Made by a program: the position numbers and the translations under genes. Source: Felis catus (lineage: Eukaryota). Taken from it: a stretch of 64,000 nucleotides of DNA. A model generated the notes under the pieces. It saw only the letters and a list, made by a program, of their open reading frames with translations. It was not told where the DNA came from and did not search any database. The stretch is from contig NC_058368.1 of NCBI RefSeq assembly GCF_018350175.1, positions 38,380,001-38,444,000 on the forward strand. The letters run 5' to 3'. Positions 37,159 through 50,790 of the stretch are shown piece by piece (position 1 is the stretch's first letter; each line of letters opens with the position of its first letter).

Positions 37159-39060
37159 GTGAGGGGTGATATAACTACATATATGCACATATAATGTACA
37201 TATAAGTACATTAGCAAATGAGATTTTTACATGAGATTAATGGTTATTTTAATACTAAATTTAGAAGTTATTTGAGAAAATGGAGGCATACTATCTTTAA
37301 GTATATTGCAGAAAGATAGTTGTACCAACAATGGAGTAATTTTAAAAGCTCTGGAATGTTTTTCTCATGAAAATAATGGCAGTCAATAATTAAATAATGA
37401 AAAAATAAACCAGTAATTTTCAACTATGCAAAATGACAAGGAAATGTTCTGAGATTAGATACAGAGAATTACTGTAACAAGCTAGTATTCTAATAGAATA
37501 AGCAAAAAAGGTGGGAGCATCTATACAATTTTTTCCTCATTGATATTGATGAGGCTGTGCAAACTTTCAAGATCCAGATCAGTAAGGTATAAAATTTAGA
37601 AATAAAGACAATGACCTGCAGATAAAAATACATCTCCTATATATATACATGAGAGTACATTAATGTAATATGCTGTAACCAAGGTAGGCTGGAATATAAA
37701 ATTTTATACATTTGGGAACGTGTCAAATACCTCAGACAGTATTTGTGTGCAATATCAATTTATGGAATAGAAAGTTCAAGGAAGTAGGAATGAAGAATAT
37801 GAATGAAGACTTGAATGTGAACTGTAAGAGTGGTAACTTGGTATAATGGTTTATGTGTGGGAAACAGCACTATTTGCAAGTATTCAACAAGCGATGCAGG
37901 ACAGTATTCAAATTGAAATATATTGTGCGATATAGCTTATAATGTGTAAGCAATAGAAAGCACATTCATATTTGAAAAATCAGAGGCAGAGAGTTAACTT
38001 AATAAATAGGTTCTAGGGGAAAAGGCACCCTATCTGTTAAATGATATTTGAATCATCAGACGTGAATTATTTACATGTGCCTCGAGTCTAATAGAACCTA
38101 TATGGCAATTGATCTGTCCATTGAACAGTAACAACTATGGATCCAGTGTACATGTGCAGGCATACAGAAAAGAATTAAAAAGGGGGGGGGGTGGGTGGCT
38201 GTCTACAGTATTTCAATAGCCAGTTAGTCTAGGAGGCAGATGGTACATAGAAATGGTGAAAGTGACAATTCATTGTTAGTGCCAACATGGGGAATAGCGT
38301 TGAATGCAGGCTCAGCAGCAAAAACACTGCCATGATTGGAGATCATCTACTGTAGTAGGTTGTCAACACCGGAGTAAGGATGTGGCAGCAAGGAAAGCGA
38401 TCCTTACTTTCTATTCCTTAGCCCAAGTCAGTATAAATCATAGGAAAGAGGCAACAGGCTCAAATGAATTTGTTGAGCATACATCAAAGCTGAAACTAAA
38501 TCTATTTTAGCTTCCAGTTTCACAGAACATACCCAGCACTAATGTAAATGGTATCAAGTTTTTAAGTAATTCTATTCCTAAGATGGGCTGAAGTCTTTCT
38601 GTACGTTTTTCTATCAAACAGATATTTGAGCCAATTGTGGGAAGTTTCAGTGATAACAGGAGGAAATATTTGATATCTGTGGCACTAAATACTTTACAGA
38701 TTTTTAGGAGTTAAATTCAAATAGTTTTATTTGTAATAATTCAGTAGGAAAATGCTCCTGTTACTTATTTTAGAATCTACCTTCAAATGCATTTTATGTA
38801 AGTAAAGGAAACAATTTTATCATGTATACATAAATGGGATTATTTCCCTCATGTTTAAATATTCACCGACTGACTATGTGTGTTTAGTTCTCAGTCCCAA
38901 AAGACCATTGGAAAAATAGATGAAATAGGATCAATGTAAAATCCAGAATGGGTGGAAGAGGACTCAAGAATTGAGAATTTTCTGGAATACACTAAGATAA
39001 TTGAAATAAATTGTCACAAACACTCATTAGAGCTAGGAAATTTGACATCTTTATGGTTGA

Positions 39061-39262
39061 GAGGTGCCTGGATAGCTCAGTGAGTGAAACATCTTGATTT
39101 CCTCTCAGGTCATGATCTCACTCTGAGTTTGAGCCCTGCATTGAGCTCCATGTGGACAGTGAAGAGCCTGCTAGGGATTCCCACTCTTTCTCTCTCTCTA
39201 CCCCTCCCCTGTGCACACACACGTGTATTCTCTCTCTCTCAAACATTTTTGTAAAAGAAAAA
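39061..39262 (+). mobile_element. Can-SINE, older type
   Basis: gaggtgcctggatagctcagtg...tcaggtcatgatctc. TSD atct(t/g)tatggttga. Confidence 0.92.
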
Positions 39263-39357
39263 GCAATCTGTATGGTTGAAAGTGGCAACTTCAGAGAAAG
39301 AAAGAAATTTCCCTGGCAGAGCTTCGTAATACTCACCATGTAAGTAAGAATAATGCT

Positions 39358-39571
39358 GGGGCTCCTGGGTGGCTCAGTTGGTTATGTGCCCAACTTTGGC
39401 TCAGGTCATGATTTCACAGCTCGTGGGTTGGAGCCCCGCGTCAGGCTCTGTGCTGACAGCTCAGAGCCTGGATCCTGCTTTGGATTCCATGTCTGCTTCT
39501 CTCTCCACCCCTCCCCAACTCTCTCAAAAATAAACATTAATATTTTTTTAAAGAAAGGAAAAAAAAAAAAA
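39358..39571 (+). mobile_element. Can-SINE
   Basis: ggggctcctgggtggctcagttggtt..., A-rich tail. Confidence 0.95.
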
Positions 39572-39621
39572 AGGAGACCGTTACCAGCAAAGTGGATGCC
39601 CAGCAGTAATTTAAGTTGACT

Positions 39622-39635
39622 ACACACACACACAC

Positions 39636-39685
<50 letters not shown>
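39622..39685. repeat. Interrupted (CA)n microsatellite
   Basis: Two AC runs separated by gcaa. Confidence 0.95.
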
Positions 39686-39688
<3 letters not shown>

Positions 39689-40929
39689 ATGTAACAATTA
39701 CTGGTATTTCCACTTGTCAAAGCTAGGGTTTGTTTACCACGATAACCACAAACATACAGCTCTAAGTAATTCAGAAATGCAAATCACAATCAAGAAAAAT
39801 AAACAGACGTTTTGAAGAAAAAAATAAAAGCCAATCTAGCCATATATCCTTTAACAACTTTCATATTACATCAACATAAACACAGCTAACCACTTTTGTA
39901 CAGATATTCATTCATCTACACAAACATGCATATATAGCTCCATGTGTACCCATACCCATATGTGAGCATATACATGTCCACATACACGCATCCTGACTTT
40001 AATGCATACATGCACACATGCACATCCATCCACATATTTATAGTGTATACATACAGTACCTGTTCAGTACATATATCCCATAATCAGAACCTGCACACTG
40101 AGCCAGATATAGCATTCTTGAATGGAAGGACTCCATATTGTAATCATTCCAATTCTTTCCACAGGGAAATAATTTGAAACTATATAGTATTAGCCATGAT
40201 CCATCATGAAAACCTATACTATATATTGAATATATTTAGGTAAATTCACCATAAATAAATTCACCATAAAATGTTTTTAGAAAATAGTGAAGACTGAAAA
40301 AATGAACTAGATATTAAAACTAGTAATGCTAGAAAAAAAAATAGTACCTTTAAAATACGAGAATAGTAAGTGCCCAGTGGTTAAATTGAAAATTTACAAT
40401 AGGACTTATCAGTAAAACAAAATTTCTTAGAGAATCATAAACTAGTCAAACCTTTGCAGAATTTGAGGAAAAAATGAGAAATGTAAAAGACAGTATAGGA
40501 GAAAGTAGAACGTATATATAAAGAATTCAAGGGATTAAGAAAACTTCTAAAGTTTACATTTAATATCACAACAATCAACCTAGTGAATTACGGAAATTTT
40601 AAAACATTACATATATACTTTTATCTAAGTTTTTAAAATATATTTTATCTTAAGACTTCATTTTCTTAATTTCTAAAAATAACCCATTGTTTTCTAGCAG
40701 TTCATTTATGGCTACTGTGATCAGTTACATCTTTTTTCCACATAGAATGTAAAAATTATGCTTTTAGGCTTATATAATTTGAAATAAAACTTTTTTAAAT
40801 TGAAAAACTTGCCTAAATCACATTAAGCAACCCATTTCCCCCCCCCACCCCGACTGCTTGCTGCCTTTAAAGAGTATTCATCCCCATACATACTTTAGTC
40901 CTTGTTTTAAATTTCTGTTAATTCACTCA

Positions 40930-41640
40930 ATAAAATTTTCTATCTATAGGCTAATTCCCTATTCCTTCAAATGCTGTAATTTTATATGTTGTTTGAATAT
41001 AGATTTTGTTTGAATATAGCACAGGACTCCTTGCTTTTAAATTTATTCTTCATATGAAATTTAAAATGAACTTCTCAGTATTTTTTCAACTCTGTGATAA
41101 TTCTTATTTGACTTGTTTCTAGTTTAATATGTAGTCATCAACTTAAATGGATTTACTCATCCAGGCATAGGTTATGTATCTCCACATCTCCCACTTCTCT
41201 ATGTGGACTGTAAAATCACATCAACTACTTATTTTTGTGCTTTTTCATGAACTATCACAGATTACAACAGTAAAGATGACATTGCTAGTGTGTTAAATGA
41301 CTTCAATGAAAATGACTAATATTTCTTAACTAAGCACGATTTTTATCAGATTTCTTTTAGATACCTGTTACCTAATATGGAAAATATACTTGTTTTCATT
41401 TTCATTTAAAGTTTTATTTAAAAATTGAAATATGAAAAACTTCTAGCATCTATCTGAATGATAATATGATTTCCTCCTTACTTTTCTCATTATCGTGGGT
41501 TATACTTATTCACCCTGAGTTACCCTGCATGTATTGGTAAATTCCACTTGTGCAAAATGTACTCTTTAATTGATTCAATATTGAATTTATTAAGGCATAT
41601 TTAGAAAAATGTACATTTATGGGATTCTTTAATTTTCTCC
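40930..41640 (-). mobile_element. Highly decayed old L1M ORF2 fragment
   Basis: ttcttcatatgaaatttaaaatgaactt...ttctagcatctatctgaatgataatatgattt...ccctgcatgtattggtaaattccacttg resemble the reverse complement of L1 ORF2. Confidence 0.55.
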
Positions 41641-41658
41641 ATGTAATCGATTATACTG

Positions 41659-41863
41659 TTTTTAAGGTTTATTTTATTTATTTTGAGAGACAAAGCAAAC
41701 AGGGGAGGGGCAGAGAGATAGAGGGAGAGAAAGAATTAGAAGCAGGCTCCACACTGTCAGCACAGAGCCCAGAACAGGCCAGATCCCACAAACCATGAGA
41801 TCATGACCTAAGAGCTGAAATCAAGAGTCTGTCGCTCAACCCACTGAGCCACGCAGGCACTCC
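41659..41863 (-). mobile_element. Can-SINE, older type
   Basis: gaaatcaagagtctgtcgctcaacccactgagccacgcaggcactcc. Confidence 0.93.
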
Positions 41864-42148
41864 AGTAACTCATTACTTTTGATTAACATCTCTCAAACAT
41901 AAATAATATAAAAACATTCCTCATTTCTCTTTTTATTAATAAGCTAAATCATGAGTTTTATTTTGGTATTTATATAAATGATTGATAGAATTTCCTTAAA
42001 TACACTGAACACCTATGGAAAAATTTTTTAAATATAAAATATTATAAAGTTTCAGAGAGCTAGATCATACTTGAGACAAAGAACTTGCTTTATGCTTTTT
42101 AAATTCTCTACTCACAGCAAGTAACATAGTATAGGACTCTAAAAAAAA

Positions 42149-42357
42149 TTTTTTTTATTTTAATGTTTATTTTTGAGAGAGAGACAGAACATGAGTGGGG
42201 GAGGGGCAGAGAAAGAGGGAGACACATAATGTGAAGCAGTTTCCAGGCTCTGAGCTGTCAGCACAGAGCCCAACCCAGGGTTTGAACTCATGAACTGCAA
42301 GATCATGACCTGAGCTGAAGTTGGATGCTTAACCGATTTAGCCACTCAGGTGTACCC
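42149..42357 (-). mobile_element. Can-SINE (left arm of inverted pair)
   Basis: gagctgaagttggatgcttaaccgatttagccactcaggtg. Confidence 0.95.
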
Positions 42358-42389
42358 ACTCAAAAATTTTTGTAGAATAAATACTCATT

Positions 42390-42606
42390 GGGGCACCTGA
42401 GTGGCTCAGTCGGTTAAGCATCTGACTTTGGCTCAGGTCATGATCTCGTGGTTCTTGAGTTGGAGCCCATGTTGGGCTCTGGGCTGACAGCTCAGAGCCT
42501 GGAGCCTGCTTTGGATTCTGTCTCCTCTCTGCCTCTCCCCAACTCACACTCTGTCTCTCTCTTGCTATCTCTGAACAATAAATAAACACTAAAAAAAATT
42601 TTTTTA
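42390..42606 (+). mobile_element. Can-SINE (right arm of inverted pair)
   Basis: ggggcacctgagtggctcagtcggttaag. TSD aatact(c/a)att. Confidence 0.95.
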
Positions 42607-43364
42607 AGAATACTAATTAAATTTAGTTTTTGAAGTATATATAATTCTCTCCAATGTATCAGAAAGTAAAATTAAATTGCTATATGTTTTTATTGAACAA
42701 GAAACAATTGGAAAGAAAACTTAACTTTCACTGAGTTCTGGCATACATAAACTAGAACTTCTAAGTGTAACAATGGGAAACAAATTGCCTGCCAAGGAAA
42801 CAACAGGCAATGAAAAATCTATGTGGTCCTGCCTGCAGCTCTGAGCCTCATTTCCCGACAGCTGTTACTAGAAGATCTTTTAATGAGCCCCTTTTGTAAA
42901 AGTATAAGGTGAAAAGCCAACCAAAAACATGATGAAAATGAATCACAGGCATATTAGTAGGATATAATGGAGGAAGTATTACAAATTAACGATAACATTT
43001 CCACAACTGCATGGACAGTAATTATCAAATCAGATCATTTCATTCAATATAAAGTGATAAGATGTTTTTAATACTTGTAAAACTAGGTGTAAGGTATTTA
43101 TAAGGTTCATAGCTATGGTTAAATAAATGCAGAATCACAGTGAGGACTCCCAGTTTTCTTTTTTCACTAATGGGGAAATGGTTTCAAAGAGATGTTATTT
43201 ATATATATTCCAACTTTTTTTAGGAGATAGACATTTCATTCCTAAATTTAATCCCAAATTAAAAAAATGTTGTATTTCTAAACATTGTTAATAATGGAGA
43301 TGGTATGCCTTACCCAATTTCAGGAAACCACATACAAATCATTTATGTCATCAATGTATGTGTT

Positions 43365-43610
43365 TTGTTGGCTCAGTTGATTGGAATTTCGTGTTAATGA
43401 CAATCAGATCATAGATCTAGTTATGTTGCAAGCCAGCTTGTCCATTTTCTTGATCATATAGCACACTTACAAAACATGGACCTATTTTCAAAGATCCACT
43501 AGAGATCATAAAATAGGTCCAAACAATTCCAATTCTACCAGGAAAAAAAAAAGTCATAATTTATTGATGGTGCATGAAGAACCTTTTTCAGTAAAGTATT
43601 AGACAGCATT
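43365..43610 (+). mobile_element. MamSINE1-like ancient tRNA-derived SINE
   Basis: tRNA-like head ggctcagttgattggaatttcgtgttaatgacaatcagatcatag, then ctaccaggaaaaaa...ttgatggtg...gacagca, resembling the recalled MamSINE1 layout. Confidence 0.45.
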
Positions 43611-43709
43611 TATTGTTATGCAATACCACTTTTTACACTTATCATATACTTTCTGGGACAAATGAATTACAGAAAAAAAAGGCCTCACTTCCTCCAAGAA
43701 GGCATTTTT

Positions 43710-43928
43710 TTTTTATTTTTTTTTCAATGTTTTTATTTATTTTTGGGACAGAGAGAGACAGAGCATGAACGGGGGAGGGGAAGAGAGAGAGGGAGACACA
43801 GAATTGGAAACAGGCTCCAGGCTCTGAGCCATCAGCCCAGAACCTGATGCGGGGCTCGAACTCCCGGACCGCGAGATCGTGACCTGGCTGAAGTCGGAGG
43901 CTTAACCGACTGCGCCACCCAGGCACCC
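43710..43928 (-). mobile_element. Young felid Can-SINE with perfect TSD
   Basis: TSD ccaagaaggcattttt at 43694-43709 and 43929-43944. Confidence 0.97.
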
Positions 43929-44575
43929 CCAAGAAGGCATTTTTAAGAAAATAGATTGGTCTTTAAATTTGACTATTTGAGGAATTGAGTTAAAAATCAC
44001 TTAACATAATTAAAACATAGAACCTGATTAAAGGAGGTTGAAAAATTTTCATTCAATTTTCAAAGAATATTTTTGATTGAAGTCATGGAGTTATAGTTGA
44101 GACACTATTGAGAAAGCATGGAAAAACAAAACTATTTCACTTGTCTGGTTGTCAATTTATTCCCAAATTAAAATTTGATCCACACTATTTTCCTATTATT
44201 CTACTCAGTATTTAGACCAATGGCATTGTTTCTTACGGGCTTCTAAAATTCAGTTTCCTGAAGAATGATTCATAAGCTTTTCCAGTCTGTGAACCATAAC
44301 GTTTGATGCAATTGCCTCTAATGTAATTCACCCAACATTACTGAGAAGAACGTCACACTTTCTGATGAGCTTCTGGAGAATCTTCATATGATAATGGGAG
44401 AATTAATGATTCTTAAACTATCAAGAAGAGAATCATAGGGAGCAGGCTTCAGAGTAGTAAGAACCGAATAATTCTCTGAGAGAACCAAGAAACAGGGAAG
44501 TAGTAGCAATGGAAATAATAGTTTCGTAGACTTCTGATCTATCTTGATTATCTCACTTATAGGAAAATGATTGAG

Positions 44576-44576
<1 letters not shown>

Positions 44577-44623
<47 letters not shown>
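44577..44623. repeat. (TG)23 microsatellite
   Basis: Perfect TG run. Confidence 0.96.
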
Positions 44624-44624
<1 letters not shown>

Positions 44625-45593
44625 GGGGGGAATGATTTCTGTGTAAACCACCCTTTCCAAATGCACTAAACCAGCAACAACAAAAACATATTTTGCTTAA
44701 CATAGTAGGAATTACAGGCATGGCAATTAGATGCTGTTGGATCTATACACTTACACATCTTGTCAAAAAGTGTTTTTTATTTCAAGCATTTTCCTCAATA
44801 TCATTGCATGCCTCATTTCTTGTAGTTTAGACCACTGATGAAAATCTTAGAAGGGCAAGACTATTAGGCTCTGGAATGTCAAATGTTGACTGTTGCTTCC
44901 CAAGCGTGGCCTAGAAAGTGTTAGGAGTTCCCAGCTTTAATGGATTCTCTGGATAGAGTAGTATTAATTTCAGCAGTAATCAGCAATGTTTGTATATTTT
45001 AAGAAATTTAAGAATCTACTTTTTAATCAGATTTTCATATGTGCTCTCCCTTGTTCCATTTATCTATTACACTCTGTTGTTTCTATCATCTCTAAAAACT
45101 TAGAATTAAATTTTATTTTAGGTTTACGAATTTCTATTTCACCATGTTATATTACTTCTTGCCAACTTCTCAAACTATTGGATTTAGCAACTTTTTGAAG
45201 CATACATAAGGTTTTAGTACGAAAATCCTATTAAGATATAATAGTTTAAAAACAGATTAATCTGTATCGTATTCTTTACCAATAAATTCCAATGTCTAAA
45301 AAGAAATCACAGAACATATCATGTTATCAGGGGTCTTTTAGGACTACTATGCCAAAATTTATGGAGATTTATAAGGAAGTGTTTCTAAAATACTGTCAAG
45401 AAATACTTACTTTTTTGTTGGTAGCATAATTTTACAAAATTCCAATTACGTTTCTTTTATATGTCCATTTTAGTTTTTCTGTTTCATAAGCAGTCATTTT
45501 GTAAGTACTTTTAAAAGTGCATATTAATTAAATTATTACACCTATAGTTCATTGAAAATAGGTGCTCATACTATTTAAAATACTGAGTGTCTG

Positions 45594-46234
45594 TGATACA
45601 GCCACTCTGAAAACAGTATGGAGGTTCCTCAAAAAATTAAATATAGGTTTACCCTATGACCCAGCAATTGCACTACTAGGTATTTATCCAAAGGATATAG
45701 GAGTGCTGATTCAAAGGGGCACATGCACCCCAATATTTATAGCAGCACTATGGACAATAGCCAAAGTATGGACAGAGTCCAAACGTCCATCGCCTGATGA
45801 ATGGGTAAAGATGTGGTGTGTGTGTGTGTGTGTATACATTCACATACACAATGAAGTATTAATTGGTGATGAAAGGGAATGAAATCTTGCAATTTGCAAC
45901 AACGTGGATGGAATTAGAGTGTACTATGCTAAGCAAAATAAGTCAGTCAGGGAAAGACCAATATCATAGGACATTACTCATGTGGAATTTAAGATAGAAA
46001 AAAGATGGACTTAAGGGGATCAAAAATAAGATGAAAACAAAGAAGGAGACAAACCGTAAGAGGCTCTTGAATACAGAGAACAAGCAGAGGGTTGCTGGCA
46101 GGGTGTGGGTGGGGTGATGAGCTAAATGTGCGAGGGGCATTAAGGAGGACACTTGTTGAGATAAGCACTGGGTGGTAATGTAAGTGATGAATCTATTCCT
46201 GAAATTATTGTACTAGATGTTAAGTAACTTGGAT

Positions 46235-46270
<36 letters not shown>

Positions 46271-46280
46271 AATAATTTAA
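45594..46280 (+). mobile_element. 5'-truncated carnivore L1 (ORF2 C-terminus plus 3' UTR) with (TAAA)n tail
   Basis: Translation VWRFLKKLNIGLPYDPAIALLGIYPKD...TCTPIFIAALWTIAKVW is the L1 ORF2 end. Degenerate TSD aaatactgagtgtctg / aaatactgagagtttg. Confidence 0.95.
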
Positions 46281-47225
46281 GAAATACTGAGAGTTTGGAA
46301 ATTATTTTGTAGCAAATTCAGCAATTGGTTAAATTGACTGTTAAATAGTTTTAGCACAATAGCTTATAATAAATGTAACATCTTTGTTGATATTTAAGGA
46401 GATCAGATCTAAACTATGGAAATGAGGCATCTTTACAATATGGCCCAATCAGTTTTTGAAATTAGAGTCAGGATTGAAATATTGTTGCTTCACAGATCAA
46501 TTGGCCTAAATCTTTGCTATCACAAAGATTTTTTTTCATCAATTGCATTGGTGAATCCTCATTTGACATTATGCATTTTATAAATATTGAATCAAATCTG
46601 TCCAGCCGAATTTTATTACACATATTACAAAACCAGCTTAAGCACAATGACACTCAAGGGAAACAATGGCCAAAACCTAATTATTAATAGTTTTGCGTGA
46701 CATTTTCTTTGTCTTGTGTGACATTGTTTTTTTTTCCCCCTGCCTCCTCTGACTCTTGCCTATCACAAATATAATTGAGATAGTAAAAGATCTATGCTTA
46801 TGGAAGAATAAGGCTAACCCCTCAGGGAAGGAAGGCCTGAAATACTGAGATCAAAACTTTGAAAAATAGAGGTGAAGTAAGCTTATTGATTATATATTAT
46901 ACATGCATTGCTCCAGATGACAAATATTGCTATGTGGTTTACTTATAATTTCCGAGTCATACAGAGTTTTATGTCTAGTATATTTTTTAAACCTGTGTTG
47001 ATCAAGATCTTTAATTTTTCTTTATGATTTGGAATGTCTATGAGTCTGGCTACTTGTCAATAGTTTTACAACTATATTTTAAACTGTATTTATCACTATG
47101 CCAAAGCCATTCGTCCCTCATTTCCTCTACCCACACATCTTGACTTTTTTTAAAAAAGTGATTCCAAGCTATTTTTTTCCTTTTTCATAATATTGCTTAC
47201 AAAATCCTTTTGAATATAAACTTTT

Positions 47226-48105
47226 TGTTATAAACATTGCAGTGCCTGTATTCCTTTGAATTAGAATTTTTGCATTCCTTGGGTAAATACCTATAAGTGC
47301 AATTGCTGGATCATAGGATAGTCCTACTTATAACTTTTTGAGTTGTAATGGTTTTCCAGAGTGGCTACACCAGTTTTCGTTACCACCAACAGTACAAAAG
47401 GGTTCCCCTTTATCTGCATCCTCGCCAGCACCTGTTTCTTGTGCTGTTGATTTTAGCCATTCTGACAGGTGCAAGGTGATACCTCATTGTAGTTTTGATT
47501 TGTATGTCCCTGATGATCAGTGATGTCGAGCATCTTTTCATGTGTGTGTTAGCATCTGTATGTCGTCTTTGAAAGAATGTCTTTTTGGGTCTTCTGATAA
47601 TTTTTTTAACTGTATTCTTTGTGTTTTGGCAAGTATTAAATTTCTTAAGTTCTTTCTATATTTTGGATACTATCCCTTTGTCAGACAGGTTATTTGCAGG
47701 TATCTTCCCCCATTCTCAAGGGTGCCTTTTAGTTTTGTTGATTGTTTCCTTCACTATGCAGAAGCTTTTTATTTTGATGTAATCTCAATAGTTTATTTTT
47801 GCCTTTGTTTCCCTTACCTCAGGAGACCAATCTAGAAAGCTGCTGCTGTGGCTAATGTCAAAGAGGTTACTGCCTGTGTTCTCCTCTAGGATTTTTATGG
47901 TTTTTTAGGTCTGACATTTAGGTCTTTCATCCATTTTGAATTTATTTTTGTGTATGGTACAAGAAGGTGGTCCAGTTTCATTTTTCTGCATGTTGCTGTC
48001 CAGTTTTCCCAATACCATTTGTTAAAGAGGTTGTCTTTTTTTCCATTGGATATTCTTCCCTGGTTTGTTGAAGATTAATTGACTATATAGTTGTGAGTTC
48101 ATATC
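47226..48105 (-). mobile_element. Carnivore L1 ORF2 internal fragment
   Basis: gggtaaatacct...gcaattgctggatcatagg...ttttagccattctgacaggt...tctgcatgttgctgtccagttttcccaataccatttgtt. Confidence 0.93.
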
Positions 48106-48253
48106 AAATGTGGTTCACATTCATCTCTTGATTATAGATTTTATATTTTCAGTTCTCATACCCATTTATCACTTCTCACAGAATATTTGCTCAGTTTAAT
48201 TTCTATTTGAACATACCATGCAATCTATCCTATTTTAAATTACACAGCTAGTT

Positions 48254-48460
48254 GGGGCACCTAGGTGGCTTAGTCAGTTAAGTGTCCGACTTTGGCTCAG
48301 GTCATACCTAACTTTTTTGATTCAAGCCCTGCGTTGAGCTCTGTGCTGACATCTTGGAGTCTGGAGGCTGCTTTGGATTCTGTGTCTCCCTCTCTCTCTG
48401 TCACCCCTCCCCCACACACGCCCTCTGTCTCAAAAATAAACATGCATTAAGAAATAAAAA
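48254..48460 (+). mobile_element. Can-SINE
   Basis: ggggcacctaggtggcttagtcagttaag. TSD taaattacacagctag at 48236-48251 and 48461-48476. Confidence 0.95.
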
Positions 48461-48574
48461 TAAATTACACAGCTAGATAACTAAAAATTGATAGTCACAA
48501 AGTTATTTTCAAGTTGGGGACATTAATTTTTTTTTTCACTGAACCTCATTGTGATTTAAGGTGAAGTACAGTTT

Positions 48575-48578
<4 letters not shown>

Positions 48579-48611
<33 letters not shown>
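48579..48611. repeat. (AC)n microsatellite
   Basis: About 16 AC units. Confidence 0.95.
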
Positions 48612-48615
<4 letters not shown>

Positions 48616-50157
48616 TATGTGCCACACACATACATACCTAAACTTGTTTCTCTATTCTCAATTACCTGGGATATATATAATTTATTTGAAAATAATAAGT
48701 CTACTAAAAGATTTTGGTAAATGCTGGCAGATAAAGAATGCTATTTTCTTCCTAAAATATTAATATAGCCAATGTATCATCAAGCAAGTTTGTTCTCTAT
48801 GCATTTTTTCATGCAGCAAAATTTATTTTGAAATTATGTATGCTTAAATTGTTTTTTTTCCAATGTAACTTTTATGGCTTTTAATGTAAATGTTTTTCAC
48901 TATCTGCCTTTTATGACTGTAGATGAAACTTACAAGGAGTCATGTTGAGTACTTTTTCAGTACATACGTTTGTTTCAACATTTTAAAATTTTATTTGTCA
49001 AATACTTTTTCTTCTCAAAATTTGCTATAGTATTTTTGGTATAAGAGTTAGTAATCTACAATATTTATATATGAAAGTAAATTGAATATCTTCTATTTTA
49101 TATCCTATAAATAATTTAAGAACTATTTCTCATGTAGCTTGTTATATTTATTCCTCTGAATAGGTCATCAATAAAATCAATATCTAAAGTCTTAGCACAT
49201 CAACTATCACACCGGCTTCTTTTCTAGTGCCCTTTCCTTCTTGTTATTTCAGAGTTTACAGAGTGTTTTGCAATTAAAATCATGATTGGTTTCTTTCTTA
49301 CATTTGTTCTACTACACAAGTCATGAACACTTAACCTAACTGTGAGAAGAATGCCTTGTATATAAATAATTACTGATAAATGAAATCTAACTATTTGTAT
49401 TTCCTTACATAATATATTCCAAGTTCCATTTTTTTTGTTATTCTTGAATTCTCTTAATATCTTTTATGTTTTTATAATTATAGTGCATGCTTTCTCTCTC
49501 TCTAGGACTTATAAATCATGGATAAAGTTTTTAAAAATGAAATTCATCAGGTTAATGGTGTACATTACATCACAAGTGGAAAAGCAATATATTAGAACAC
49601 AGGAGATAGGCGCTCTACCTCCTAATCTTGAATCTAGAGAGATTTAGCTGCCATTTCTTGACCGAGTCTTGCAATGCAGCTTGCAATATTCTGATAAACA
49701 AAATGCAAATGTTACACTAGGTAATGTCTAAGCCAGCTCTTTTAATAGTTGTTTTCTATATCCTATTCTAAAACATTTATGACTTCAGTGATTCAAAAAG
49801 ATAACAGAGTTCAACAGGTATCCTAGAAACAAGAGAAATGTAGTTTTTCTATAGTAACAAAAACATGAAGCTTTTAAGTTTTACATTTAGTACACAGCTT
49901 ACTGTAAGCTAAATTACAGAGTTCTACCATGGGAGTTCACGCGTGAGGAGTACTAACAAAGAACAGTTCTTAGCTATAGAGCATGCTATAGTTAAAGGTG
50001 GTGACTTTATTAGATCAGGTAGGTCAGTTCTAAATCAAGAGGTTACCAGGAAAATTCAGGGAGATTGAGGAATAACACTGAAGATATTCTAGGTGGATCC
50101 TTGAATCTCTGAGGCATTTTTTATAAATATCAAGAGGATTTTTTTTTTAAGGTGGTA

Positions 50158-50371
50158 GGGGTGTCTGGGTGGCTCAGCTGGTTAAGCGTCCAACTTCGGC
50201 TCAGGTCATAATCTCACAGTTTCTGAGTTCAAGCCCTGTGTGGGAATTTGCACTGACAGCACAGAGCCCGGAGCCTACTTCTGATTCTGTCCCCCTTTCT
50301 TTCTCTTTCCCTCCCTCACTTGTGCACACTCTCACTCTCTCTCTCAAAAATAAATGAACATTTTTTAAAAA
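50158..50371 (+). mobile_element. Can-SINE
   Basis: ggggtgtctgggtggctcagctggttaagcgtccaacttcggctcagg. Confidence 0.95.
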
Positions 50372-50564
50372 GTCTCAAGGTGAGAAACAGTTAAATATAC
50401 AAGAGCTATCAATTTTTTAACACTCCATCATCTAATATGTCATTAAGCTTAGTGCAATTGAGCAAATATTTTTTAATACCTGTACAAAGCCTTGCATTAC
50501 AGTAGGTAGGTATTTGGAATATTTGAATTATGCATAAATATTACAATGAGAGGCAAGCTAATAT

Positions 50565-50790
50565 AGAGGTCAGGGACCCAGATTTGGAGGCAAATTGGAT
50601 TCAGTTCCAGCTCTGCCCTCATTACCTCTGTGACCTTAGGTAACTATTTTCCTCATCTTTAAAGTAGGGATAATACTAATACCTACCTCATAGGGTTGCT
50701 CTGACCATCAAGTGAGTTAAAATGGATGTAAAGTATTAACAACACTTCTGTCAATAAGATTTTTAAAGCCTTAGCTAGCATTATCATTAT
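50565..50790 (+). mobile_element. MIR
   Basis: ccagctctgcc...ctgtgaccttagg...ttcctcatctttaaagtagggataatactaatacctacctcatagggttg. Confidence 0.85.

Noticed and set aside
45562..45882. 106-aa ORF with real protein similarity
   Set aside because: It is the decayed L1 ORF2 C-terminus, not a host gene. The same applies to 61567-61788.
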